From positions 161,445,701 through 161,496,178 of the forward strand of contig NC_068982.1 in assembly GCF_001194135.2 (NCBI RefSeq): a stretch of 50,478 nt of DNA, given 5' to 3'. Positions 24,901-36,600 of the stretch are shown here, piece by piece. Position 1 is the stretch's first letter, and every line of letters starts with the position of its first letter. This DNA comes from Octopus bimaculoides (Eukaryota). Both the position numbers and the translations under genes were made by a program. The notes under the pieces were generated by a model, which saw only the letters and a program-made list of their open reading frames with translations, searched no databases and was not told the origin of the DNA.

Positions 24901-27900
24901 ATCATATTGACTAATAACTCATTTTATGCAGTGATATTTCAACAAAATTTAAATGACGTTCAGGTTTTACCTGTAATTAAAGTAGATTTGAGACAAAAAT
25001 TCTGGAAAAGATTTATGTTAGAACCTGTTGCTAAGTCATTTGAAACATTCGGGTGTATTTTAGTTAACAATATAGTAACAAAAGGGTTAGGATAGAAGTT
25101 TTTGAAAGATGTTTTATTTTGTTTGTTATTTTAATATCAGGATGCTGGTGAGAACGGTAGTGATGAGAAAAAAGATGATGGCGATAAAGCCACTGATGAA
25201 ACTGAGAAAAAGACCAGGAAGAGAAAGTCCACAAAAGATGATTCTAGTAAGACAGCTAAAAAGTCAAGGAAAGCGAAGAAAGGTGATTAAATTGGTGTTT
25301 TTTATAAAGTCTAAGGTGTGTTTAATGTCAGTGACCAAATAACATGGTTTCTGATAATCATGCTGGATTTCATTTTAGAAGTTTTAAGACACAGTTTCAA
25401 TCCCACTAACACCTTGGACATGTGTAGCCTTGGGTTAACCAAAGTCTTGTGAGTTAAATTTAGTAAAGACAAGCCCATTGGATGTAGGCGGGGTTGCAGA
25501 ATCGGTGCATCATATAAAAATAACTTGTGGTATTCACTTACTTCCCTTTAAGTCCAAGTCAACTTTGCCTGTCTTCCAACCAATCAACAAAAACCCTTGT
25601 AGGTGGTACTTCAGTGTTGCTGCAGTCTAACGACTGAAAGCAGTCAATGCATAAAAGAATGTGAACTCATGGTTTCCATATTTATAAATGTGTACATGTT
25701 CTGGTAACTAATACACTCAGCTATTTCTTCATTTGATTCCTTAAAGATATTGCTCCATTTATGTAGTTACATTTCCTCCTGTTACATTTCATTTTGGATT
25801 TGATGAACATGTTTGTTCTTCAACTTAGCTGCCAAAACTTCTGTTTTATTATCAAACTGTCCTAGAGTTTTAAATATTTGGCGGTAACCAAGATGTCGGA
25901 GCACTGCTGGAATTGACACATCTTTCATTCCTTTTTGGTGGTTCATGTCTTTGGAATGAAATGTTGCCAGAATAATTTATATTTAAACAAATGCACCAAT
26001 AGAGAGCAGTGTCTCTATTAAACTAAATAATTATTTAAAACTGGAATAAGCTCAATCGTTGAGGTGATAAATAGTTCCAGTACTTCTATCTAAATATATA
26101 ACAGAAGACAAACTCATTAATTTGTTGATAGTTGCCATTTGTTACTGTTTTGTTTCTAATCCATGAAAACCTTTACATATATGTGTGTCTCATGCACATC
26201 ACAATGTAAATCAGAACTGAAATAAATTAAAATATATTTACACACATATTTGTATAATGTTAATTAGACTATTAAAGGTTAGAGTGCTGATATATTTGTA
26301 GCAGTATCTTCACTGATTAATAGTTTTGAGTTAAAATATGTTGTCTTAAAAGAGCAGCATATGTTTAGTGTATAACTAATAGCATAATTCTGCTGTGCAG
26401 GAAAAAAGAAAAAGAAGCCAAAACATAGTACAGAGCTGAAGATTGAAGACACGTTTCCGCTAGCCATTACTTTCATGTCAGAACCTAAAGAAGCATCAGT
26501 GTCTCGGATTAAGCGTTATATCCAAGACTTTTATCCAGATGTCAATGCTGAAGTGAGGTAAGATTAATTAATTTAATGAAATTATTAAAAGTTTTTCCCA
26601 GTTGTATTTCTTTGCAGTTACAGCAAGTTCAAGAGAATAAGTATGATTCTTGTCAGTCAAGATTGACTAGGTTTGATTGATTTTTCAATTGACTTTTAAG
26701 TTTAACTTGAGCTGTGAATTTCCCTTGGAAAAACAAGAAGTTACAACATCCCATTTTCCCTGCTCCCTAAAAGTGTAAGAAAATAATATCCTAATAAATA
26801 TTGATACATTTCAAAATGAAAGCTTAATTAGTTTATTTTGAAATGTATCAATATTTATTTGGATATTATTTTCCTTGTTTCACTGTTATGGTAATTTCTT
26901 GATATTATCGATAATATTTGGATATTGTTGGAGCAAACATTTTCTGTATCTATCAGCTGTATTGTAAGGTTAAAGTTTTTTCTTAATCAAATATGTTTTA
27001 CCTTGAGGCACAATTCAACAGCCCCTATAAAAATACATTAGAATAACCTAAGTGTGAAATAAAAGAATGTATGTGTGTCTTGACAAGAAGTAATTTTGTT
27101 TTTCAAAATATTGTTGAATGTCTAAAACATCTGCAGTTATAAGGTTTACAGTTATTTTTTCCATGTTAATGTATTTAGCTTTTCATATTTGGTTGTTTGG
27201 AGTTAAATTTCAATAATCTTCCGGAGCTATTACAGAAGGCTTGAGCTTGTGGTCCTGTATTCATAAATGCAGCACTTTGATTCATTAAAATCCTGAAATT
27301 ATCATTATCATCATCATTCTTTGACATCCTTTTTCCAAGCTGGCATGGGTTGGACAGTTTGACAGGACCTGGCCAGCCAGAGAGTTGTCTAGGCTCCAAT
27401 TGTCTGTTTTGGGCATGGTTTTTCACAGCTGGATGCCCTTCCTATCACTAACCACTTTACAGTGTGTATTGGGTGATCCTTACGTGCCACCAGCACAGGT
27501 GCACTTTGCATAGTACCAGCATGAGTGCCCCCTGTGTGGCACTGGCACCTGCAAGACAAAAATCTCTCAGCTAGGAGAGGGAGTTGGGGTATGGTCGTAA
27601 AGGACTTGCCTGTATGTATGGATGGTCGCGATTTTACTTAGCTTAATGTTTCTTCTCAAATACAGCAAATCACCACAAATCCCAGTCTCTTGTCATCTCA
27701 GCAAGGTCCAACATCTGAAGATCCTTTCTCACCACTTCATCCCACATCTTCCTGGGTCTGCTCCTTCCACAGGTTCCCTCCACAAATTTTAGTTACAATA
27801 ATATTTCACAGATAATTAGATAACAAATGATAATTATGCCGTTTATTTCAAAGGCATATCAATAATGTGTAATATGTCTGCTTCTCCATGTAGGTGTGGG

Positions 27901-30080
27901 TTGGACAGGTCTTTTTTACAGTCAGGTGTCCTTCCTGATACCAACTCTTTTAGTTGTCCCTTGTGCTAGCATGGAAAAAGTGTTTATTCTAAAACTCAGG
28001 ATATACATGATCTATATATATATGTATGTGTTATTTGTTGTCAGGCTAAAGAAAGCTCTAGAAAAAGGTGTTGAGCGAGGATTATGGGAACAAGTGACTG
28101 GAACAGGAGCTTCTGGAACTTTCAGACTTCTTATTGATGAATTCAATCCTGGAAAATGTGAGTAAATAATTCAGACTTTATTTATCTGAGACTCTTTATA
28201 TCATTGTACTTTCTGATATAAAAGTTTTAAAAGTTGATATACTTTATTTAATATGTACATTTTATATATTGTTTCTATATGTATAGTCAGTTATCATACA
28301 GCTTTAACAAACTCTGGATAAAAATTGCCACAGCTATTTGCCAGAGTTTCAGCTGCAAAAATGAAATGTCAGAAATATAGATAATTTATGTATACAAGCC
28401 CAGTGTTTCTAATAAAATTACACTGCTTATGTGTTTCAATTAATTCTGAAAATAATCCTGAATTTAAAGAGATTTAGTAAATTAACTTTTTCATTATTAA
28501 GCTAGTGCTCGGAACATAATTTTAAAATAAAGTTCTTAAAATGAGCTGTTTTATACCCATAGTATATGGTAGATTTAGATTAAAAAAAGATTAACACTTT
28601 ATTTAATTGCTGAACTTGTTTCGGTGTGCAACTATCAAATATAATCAGTAATTTTTTTAATGTTTGTTGTTTATCATTGGGCCAGCTGTTTTCAAGCAGA
28701 TCTGTGGTCAGAGCATTCAAGTTGTGACCATTATATCATAGGCCTACATAGGTATGGTTGAAGGGAATTTGACTGCTATTTCTAGCAAGGTTGTGAATAA
28801 CCACATGGAGGTTCTTTTCTTGACTTGGAGTGTGCATCATGTTAATTATTTTGATGCTACACATCTAAGTTCAATCAGAACAACAAATGTTTGGTGTTTC
28901 ACAGAACTAAGATATTCATTGATATATGAACTATATTTCTCTGTTGTTTAGTACCAGTTTAGCTCTGATTAGTTAAAAGCATTCCAGCCATGATCTCATG
29001 CTGCCTGTTTTTTAGACATATTGTATCTAGGACTACATTATACAATGTATCCTTCCTGTTTTTAAGACATAAGGATGTAGAGTGACTACAAGAAAGCACT
29101 TTTGTTCAATATAGTTTTAAAATTTTGTGTAGTAACACTGAGAGAAAATGCCTTCATGCAATGACTAAATCTCTGTTATTTTGTTTATCATCCAGGTGAA
29201 ACTGTGGAAGACATGGTATGTCTGGCAATTGTTGCTACTCATGAACCAAAACAAGCTTCTGCTCTGTTAATCAAGCGTTATGTGCAAGAGTTTCATCAAG
29301 ATTTCAACATTGAGACCCGACCACATCTGTTTAAGAATGCAATTAGTAGAGCTGTTAAGAAAAACATCATCAAGTAATTACTGTTTCTTTTCACTCTCTT
29401 CTATGTATACCTTTGTTGTGCTGTACTGCTGAATTGCATTCCATCTAATCTCTGTTCTGTATTGAAGTCATTTTGAAAGGTATGATTATTACAACTGCTA
29501 CTTTGTCAGTATAAGAAATGATGAAGTGGTCTGGGATACATGTGGTGTGTACTTGTGTATGGATGTGTGGATGCAGCATGGTTGAATTGTTAAGAAACTT
29601 GCTTCACAGTCATATAGATCACATAGTCTTATGATGAGTCTGCCTGAAAATATGTTGTAAGGAAATGTCTGTGCAATACCAACTCATTTACACCATAATT
29701 TAATGAGGATATTGTTCAGTTCATTGAACAACATCAAAATTCAATGTTGAAACCAGTGAAAATCCTTTTACTTTTGCTATAATTAATGTAGACTTATAAA
29801 ATTATGTTTTTCGTTGTTTATCGTTTAATATACTAAAAGGTTATTTTATTTCCTCTTTCTAAGGCAATTATCTGGTATTGGTGCCAGTGGTACATTTCAA
29901 CTATTACTACAATATGGACCGTCCCCTGCCATGTTGGCTGGAAATCAAGAGGCAGATGATGTTGGCCAGGGTAGCAGTGACGATGATGAACCAGCTGAAC
30001 AGTATTATGTCCGACCAACCAAGTCTCGTGGCCGAGGGCGCGGTGTTAAAATGATTATTGGCAAGAAAGCCAAGCGATGA
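14580..30080 (+). CDS. HP1BP3: HP1BP3-like chromatin protein (RFX-type winged helix + 3 x H15 linker-histone domains), 10 coding exons, 569 aa; join(14580..14911,15778..15901,17221..17388,18772..18903,22834..22980,25141..25282,26401..26557,28045..28157,29196..29373,29864..30080)
   Basis: Manual splicing gives GT-AG introns with consistent phases (2,0,0,0,0,1,2,1,2) and 1710 nt with no internal stop. Three H15 repeats carry HP1BP3-type motifs (KIEDTFPLAITFMSEPKEAS; LWEQVTGTGASGTF; HEPKQAS; QLSGIGASGTFQL), followed by YGPSP and an acidic stretch, matching my recall of vertebrate HP1BP3. Orthology not verified by search. Confidence 0.88.
15083..15471 (-). mobile_element. Full-length tRNA-derived SINE with 12-bp TSD
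   Basis: Minus-strand head has A box TGGCCCAGTGG and B-box-like GGTTTCGATTCC; (CAA)n tail; TSD CAGATTCAATGT at 15071-15082 and 15472-15483. Confidence 0.9.
15778..15901 (+). CDS. HP1BP3: Coding exon 2: core of RFX-like winged helix
   Basis: TTTTAG acceptor; (W)LDDNFEERDSTSISMLILYDYYAETCQLDASKVVDIPNFKK; donor AAG|GTAATA. Confidence 0.85.
17221..17388 (+). CDS. HP1BP3: Coding exon 3: end of RFX-like domain, basic linker, start of H15-1
   Basis: TCTAG acceptor; IVRQKFGKG...KMKDIIDEALKESGNP; followed by U12-type donor GTATCCTTTT. Confidence 0.87.
17389..18771 (+). other. U12-type (minor spliceosome) GT-AG intron
   Basis: 5' SS GTATCCTTTT (consensus RTATCCTTT); branch site TTACTTAAC 18751-18759 just upstream of the CAG ending 18771; no polypyrimidine tract; exons join in frame (ESGNP|KKGV). 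Confidence 0.88.
18772..18903 (+). CDS. HP1BP3: Coding exon 4: H15-1 helices 2-3
   Basis: KKGVRFHWLKQYIGAKYPALRVDLKPGLLKVALERGVRFGSVQL; donor TTG|GTAAGT. Confidence 0.9.
20271..21306 (+). mobile_element. 5'-truncated RTE LINE (RT C-terminus, modular 3' UTR, (GAT)n tail)
   Basis: RIAWEKFRKLLPLLATKGLSLRVKGRLYDACV...MICWMCNVSV...GRGRPRKT with stops and frameshifts; similar to 39184-39918. Confidence 0.88.
21466..21836. mobile_element. Non-autonomous Helentron/HINE-like repeat (tentative)
   Basis: Degenerate subterminal IR (CTCCACCAAGG ... GGCAGAGGT), (AAAC)n microsatellite and 3' TACCTC...GAGGTA hairpin; classification from recalled family architecture. Confidence 0.4.
22163..22620 (-). mobile_element. 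RTE-type 3' fragment
   Basis: Reverse complement of the 20620-21306 type sequence; ends at TTCCACAGGTTCCCTCCACAG. Confidence 0.75.
22834..22980 (+). CDS. HP1BP3: Coding exon 5: H15-1 wing and charged linker
   Basis: TTTTCAG acceptor; VRGIGYCGFYRLPLPDSSEE...TAKSE; donor GAA|GTAATT. Confidence 0.87.
25141..25282 (+). CDS. HP1BP3: Coding exon 6: acidic/basic linker
   Basis: ATCAG acceptor; DAGENGSDEKK...KKSRKAKK(G); donor AAG|GTGATT, phase 1. Confidence 0.82.
26401..26557 (+). CDS. HP1BP3: Coding exon 7: H15-2 N-half
   Basis: GTGCAG acceptor; KKKKKPKHSTELKIEDTFPLAITFMSEPKEASVSRIKRYIQDFYPDVNAEV(R); donor AG|GTAAGA. Confidence 0.92.
27301..27784 (-). mobile_element. RTE-type 3' fragment
   Basis: (CAT)n tail, GGATGCCCTTCCTA core, ends at CTTCCTGGGTCTGCTCCTTCCACAGGTTCCCTCCACA. 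Confidence 0.8.
28045..28157 (+). CDS. HP1BP3: Coding exon 8: H15-2 C-half
   Basis: TGTCAG acceptor; LKKALEKGVERGLWEQVTGTGASGTFRLLIDEFNPGK; donor T|GTGAGT. Confidence 0.92.
29196..29373 (+). CDS. HP1BP3: Coding exon 9: H15-3 helices
   Basis: TCCAG acceptor; (C)ETVEDMVCLAIVATHEPKQASALLIKRYVQEFHQDFNIETRPHLFKNAISRAVKKNII(K); donor AA|GTAATT. Confidence 0.92.
29864..30080 (+). CDS. HP1BP3: Coding exon 10: H15-3 wing, acidic patch, short RG/basic tail, stop
   Basis: TTTCTAAG acceptor; QLSGIGASGTFQLLLQYGPSPAML...SSDDDEP...SRGRGRGVKMIIGKKAKR, TGA 30078-30080. Confidence 0.92.
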
Positions 30081-30384
30081 AATCAGAACTCTTCATCTTT
30101 CCTATTAAAGAGTGCCACTTGTCAGTTGTTTCAGATGATATAAAGAAATCAGTATACATACATATTACATGATGCCAACCACATTTTTTACATATTCATC
30201 CTGCATCAGGTCACAATCATTACATCTGGCTTTACATGTTGTCACCATCTCCACGTTTCTCAGTTGTCTTAGAGCCATTTTTCATATTTCCTACTCAGAC
30301 ACTCAATCTGTGTGCGTGCGTGCGTGTGTTTAAGATTACTTTTAATCCCCACCCCATTTTGTCAAACAATCACATGAAACCAAC

Positions 30385-30390
30385 AATAAA
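30385..30390 (+). promoter_or_regulatory. Candidate proximal polyadenylation signal AATAAA (a second at 30600-30605)
   Basis: Canonical hexamer about 305 nt after the stop with T-rich sequence downstream; chance occurrence is likely in AT-rich DNA. Confidence 0.35.
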
Positions 30391-32707
30391 ATATATTCTG
30401 TCTTAAATGTATATGTTTTGTAAAAAATAGTTCTAATTTCTATTTAAAACATAATAAAATTATCATTATACTCCACACATACACATCCCCTTTATAATCT
30501 CAAATTTAAATTGCATTTATTTATGTTTGATTAACCATCATATTTTGATGGTTATCTGTTTATTTTGATTATTGATTATGCTTTCTTTTAAATTTGTATA
30601 ATAAAATATATACTTGGTTTATGTAAAAATCTAATCTCAAGTTATAGTTTTATTCCAAATTTCAAAGTCTTTTTGATCTATTGGAAAAAAAGACTTTCAT
30701 TTTTTTATAAAACTATTTGAAGAATTTTGTGTGGTTTCAAACACTAAAACTTATTATTCATGTTATTAGTATATCTTCATAACTTTTTAACTGATCATAT
30801 TAGCAAATTTAGTGAGTACTACAAATCAGCACATAGTTTTAGAGAGATCAATATTGGTTGAGTAGCAGACAGTGAACGAAACATTGCAACTTTGTATATT
30901 TAACTTGTTTGTGCTTTGTTTTATATTTTTAGTGGTTTATATCTGGTGAGGTGATCATGTAACATATATTTTCATGTGATAACTTTCACTGCATTCTCTC
31001 TCCTTCAGTGACTACTTTTTTATCTGTCGCAATCACTGGTGTGTATAATTTATGGAAATGTTTTAAATGGTGTATATGAATCAAGAATGTTGAATATATT
31101 CCTTAAACTATCATAGAAAATGAATTTTCAGTTAAAAACGAAAATGTTTCTTTTAAAAAAAAATATAAAAAAAACAAATAAAATAGTTACTGTTTTGATT
31201 GTTTCAAAAGCTGTATCGATTATAGTGTTTATATTTTAGTTGTATTCTTTTTTTAAAATTTTCCTTGGGACATCTCCTTTGTAATTAGTATATTTCTTTA
31301 ATTAGGTAGAGGTAAGGGATAGTTTTGTAGAAAGATCAGATAACGATCTCAATGTTATATATATAACTATTGCAAGTTACAAATGCTATTCAGTTCTTGT
31401 GGGCCTAAAATATGCTAGGAATTGTCAGAACTACATAAGATAATGTTTTATCCTCATGGCAAAGATATTTTATTCTGTTTGGCATTAATTATGATAAATT
31501 ACACTTCCCTCTAAATTTTACTTCTAGGAATTATTTGGCTTTGAAATGGTTTTTGTTCTGATTTCTAAACTAAATTAAATGAAACACAAACAGGATAAGA
31601 AAGTTAACATTCATTCATAAATATGGAAAATTATACATCTTTGGATTTAAAGAACATATATATCAGATAGACTAAAGAAGTTATAAAATGTGATCCAGAA
31701 ATAGTCAAACCATTATGTTAGTGAATCCCTCCTACATTTTTGTGTACTGTACACACTGTTCCATTAAATATGGTCTGAATGGGAGTGATAAACAACAATA
31801 ATTATTATTACATTTATATATTTTTCTAAGAGTAACACTAAAAAAACAATATGAATTTTACCTGAAGCAACTGGTTGATAAATGATGCTTGAATGTCTTC
31901 TATTAGAAATATCTATTCATTGTAATAATATTTTATTGCAACAGACCTGTTTATAATGTTTTAATGATTATTTAGAGAACTTTCACTTGTTAGATTTGCT
32001 TAACACTGTATTTTCATATAATCTCCGTTCTGAATCATAATTTGATAAGGTTATTAAATACCTTGTATTTATTTTGTTCCAATGTATAATAAACATAGTG
32101 AGTGCTGTTCAATGGATATAATCATTTCATGGTTTCCATTTTCAATTTATTTCACTTACATTAATATAAATCCTCAGGAAATGCATGAATGTTACACCTT
32201 ATCTTGTTTTCCTTATAAGATATTAATCTTAAGCCTATCTAGAAAATTAATAATAATAATAATAATAATAATAATTAAAAGAAAAAGAAATAGAATAAAA
32301 TCAAATAATTATCAGAGATATTTTTATCAATGTGTAACTGATATGAAATCGGTTTATAGCAAGGGTTTATCACATAAGTAGTGTATGAAACCAAGGTTGA
32401 AATTTGTTTTCCATTTTTGTGAAATATTTTTTGCAAGATATTTAGCAGATGCTATTTAATAGATTGAATTTATTTTTTTATATTGTAAGATGAAAGTTTG
32501 ATATATTGAAAAGTAATAAAGCATATTTCTAAATGTTTTTCAACATTTTATTTGGTCTCCATCTATTCCAGCTATCTCCTTAACAGAACCCTACCACTCC
32601 TACACCTGACATTATAATTTCCTGAGTTTAATTAAGTAAGCTATTTTTAATTAGCTCATTAGAACGTTTTTCTGCTGAGTATTTACTTCTGTGTCCATTA
32701 GGAATCT

Positions 32708-32739
<32 letters not shown>

Positions 32740-33477
32740 CTGAGAATAGAAAAAGTTTTCTAAGACTGAAAATAGGGTTAGCACAATTCATAGAAATTTT
32801 CTAACAAATTGTGACTAGAATACTTGTGCTGTGATTCCCCCAGTGTTAGCTATATTTTGTTGCCATATGATCTTGAAATTATGTTTATGTATTATATGTG
32901 TGTGTCTTTCTCTCTCTACAGTTTTTCAACTCTCATGCTAATAATGTTAATATTTATTAATACTAATTGTCTAAAATCTTTGGATGTATATACAGTTTAA
33001 TTTTAAACTCTCCATTATCAACTGACTTAATTATAATAGATCAGCACAGTCAAACATAATTTTGACACATTAAAAAAAATGCTCTTTTACAAAAAAAGTC
33101 TGGTCAGTTCAGATGTTATATAACTTTTTAACTGTGCATCATGAATTAGTTTGCATTAGTAAATAATCAATTAGAAAAAAATTGATCTGCAAAGTATACT
33201 ATTCACATAGGAACAGGATTTCAATGTCCACTGCTGAATCTATGTTAAACAACCATAAGAGAAGCTCATCTCTTAATTCTCTTTGGAAATTTCTGAATTT
33301 GCCTTAATTTTCTTGAAATACCACTCTATTTTGTCTTGGTCATTTGTTCTCATTTACTCATGGCAAAAACACTTGTAGAGGTTATATTTTCTTTATCGAG
33401 AGTCCTATGTTGTAATATATATATACATAATCAATGTTAAATCTCTGAACGAGGTATTAACAGTAACTGCACGACAA

Positions 33478-33634
33478 GGTGAAGTATATTTGCCACTTAA
33501 ATGTGGCTGACCCCTAAGGGTGGATGTTACTGTTGCTTTTAGCCAGCTGGAGGAGATGTTCTCCTGGGGCTAAAAGCAACAGTAACATCCACCCTTAGGG
33601 GTCAGCCACATTTAAGTGGCAAATATACTTCACC
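33478..33634. repeat. Perfect 67-bp inverted repeat with 23-nt spacer, between TA tracts (foldback/MITE-like)
   Basis: Arms 33478-33544 and 33568-33634 are exact reverse complements (checked base by base). Confidence 0.93.
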
Positions 33635-36600
33635 CTATATATACATATATATATATATATAACATTCTTGCCTTAAATTTGCAACTGAAAACAATTAAAA
33701 TCTTTGGAGTGTGTATAAGGGAAAGGCCAAATACGTATAATATTATTTCATATCCCTTTTAAAGATGTATATAACAAAACACACTGAGAATTTTCTCCTA
33801 ACCTCTCTTTCTCTCTCCTTGTTTAATTTTATATTTTGATGAATGAAGTTTGTTCAATCATTTTATCAGGGTTGGAAGAAAAAAACGGTCTTTTTATTTC
33901 TTTATTTTATTTTGTTTTTGTAATTGCCAAAAATTACATCTTATGACTTTGTGTGTGTGGTGTGTTTGGGGAGAGAGAGAGAGAGAGAGATAACAGCTCA
34001 GTTTAATAATGTAACAACCCTTTGAGAGTGGAGGAACCCCCTCTCCCCACAACATAATATCAATTTAGTCAGTTTGTGTTTATTATATTTACATTATTAT
34101 AACTGGTTAATTCACCTGTGTTCAGGTGTCAGATATAGTAACAATTTTCCTTCTATCTTAGTTATTTTATATGGAATTTCTTATTTCTCTATAACTATCA
34201 GCTCATAACCATCTTTTCTTGCAAATGTATTAATATTTCTATTGAAGATATGAGTGCTGCTGTGTAGCAAGGTTAGCTCCTGGCTAGCTACAACAGTGAA
34301 CCAGTTTGAATTCTTGCTTGAAATCTAATCACTTCTTTGTTAATGTCTTCTTGGGAAAGACATGAACTTCTTTCTTCCTCTAAAATAGGGCCTCTGTGCC
34401 TAGTCAAAAAGAATCCAGAATTTAATTTTTAATTTCAAGATTGTATTCCTGAAATACTTCCCTTTGACAGAGTTTCTACTTAAATCATGTTTAGTCTATA
34501 TTTTACAGTTGAAATATGAATTGTTTTTTATTTCTCAAGTATTTGGCTGTAGTTTAATATATATATAGAACATTCTACATTTGTAAATGCTACATTTCAA
34601 GAAAAAATGTCATAACCTCTGACAGTTTTATTGCATATATTCCCTTGATATGTAATATATACATATGGAAACCAGTATATGTTATAATTGTAATATGTAC
34701 AGATGTAAATCTATGATTATATTATAGTTTATTGTCTTCAGTTACATTCATTTTGGTGTTACTTTTTAAGTTGATTTCTTGATTTTTATCAAATGTTTCA
34801 TATGCATGATGGAATACAAATAGGATGAAATGTGTATAAGAAGTTGTATTACATGTTAAACAAGAGGCAATTCTGTGTCTGTGTGTATGGATGGATGTAT
34901 GTGTGTGTGCCTGCGCGCACTAAGTACAATTTCAAATCCATACCTAAATGTTTCATAACAACCAACATCACATTGAAGTGACTGCAATCATAATATATGC
35001 ATGCATACTCATATACAAACATACATACATACACATTATTCATTTTTTTTTTTGTTTCATTTCAACATGAAATTAAATTAATAATTTCATGTTGAACTAA
35101 AAACTAAATATTAATAAACTATAATATATTTGGAGTTCCTTGGGTTTATTTATATATATATATATATATTTGTTTGTTTTTTTTTTTCCATTTTTTTTTT
35201 TTCTGCTTGATTTTTTTTCAAGCTTAGTTTTCATTTTATATGAACTGACTTGTGAGAGTTTCTAGATTTACTTCAAGGTATAACTCATGGTTAGAGTTTA
35301 CGTCTTTTCCAAATGAAACTGCTGTTTGGAAATGATAGGCAGTTGTTTCCTAAATTAACAAAGCAATCAGACATGTGCCTCAATAAAAATAAAATAAAAA
35401 AGAAAGCAAATGAAAAATTCTTCTGCAGATGTGCTTTGAAGTACTAGTTAAAGAGCAAGCCATTGTTTTCCTTTCACAAAACAACTCTGCAAATGGTTAA
35501 AATAATAGAATTTTGTTCTGAAATGTATATTTTATTTATTTATTATCATCATTATTATTTTCATGTGAATTTTGAGTGAAATAAAATTTATTTATAAGCT
35601 GACTGGAAACAGTTTCCACTAGTTGGACTTATCATAATATTTAGTGGGGAAACGTATGAAATGTATTATTTTCAACAAAATATGTGTTTGTTGCTTTCAT
35701 TAATTGTGGAATTTTGTAGGTTGTCATGTAAACTGGATCAACTTGAGTGGAAATAGATTAAGCATAGATTTACTGTGCACTGATAAGATTGATGTTTTCT
35801 TCAAGTCTATGAATGCATACACGTTACTAATAGTGTAGATAGCTAACAGGTCAATAGTTTTTATTTTGTCACTAATATTGTAGTGTGCCAATGGCTAAAA
35901 CACTAAACTATTATTGCTTCAAGTCAATAAAGGAGCATCTACTTGATTAATTGACTTGCTAGAAATAACAGCTGGATCAGTAACAAATAACAACTTTCTA
36001 TCTTAAAAGGAAGGAAACATTGGGTAATGTAGTTTTAGTTGCATACATCTGAAAACGAGATGCTCAATGCTAGAATACTTTTGATTGTAGGTCTGCTCAG
36101 AGCTGACTTGAGGCTAAACAATAATTCTTACATGTAGGTTGCATAAGGTATGACCAGCTCACTGCTGTAAACAATGATTACTATTATAAAATTGATGAGT
36201 TGAAATCTTGAGAGTATATTTAGAAGAGGAATAATTCTCTCACCCACTACCAGATTAATTGTCTATCATACAGTACTGTAGCCATAGATGGTTGTGAGGG
36301 ATCCTCTCAAATGTCTTCTTTAACCATTATTGTCTTAAACACTGCATAATGTCAGTATTGTTTATATTTCGTTTTAAATTTCTTGAAACTTCATATTTTT
36401 ATGATTTCAAAATGACACCAGGTAATTAGAAAACTAAAAAGAAAAAAAATAATAACTATTACTAATATTGTGCTGTGTTAATTACATTAGTTTTTTGGAA
36501 GTAGACATTCACTGTTATATTTTACTTGTGTCTTACTACTTTGATACTTCATATGTGAAGGTTGTGGATTTAATTTCCAGATTAGGTAGCAAGTTGTGTC

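Noticed and set aside
24604-25095. 163-aa intronic ORF
   Set aside because: No recognisable domain, AT-rich intronic composition, not needed for the in-phase gene model.
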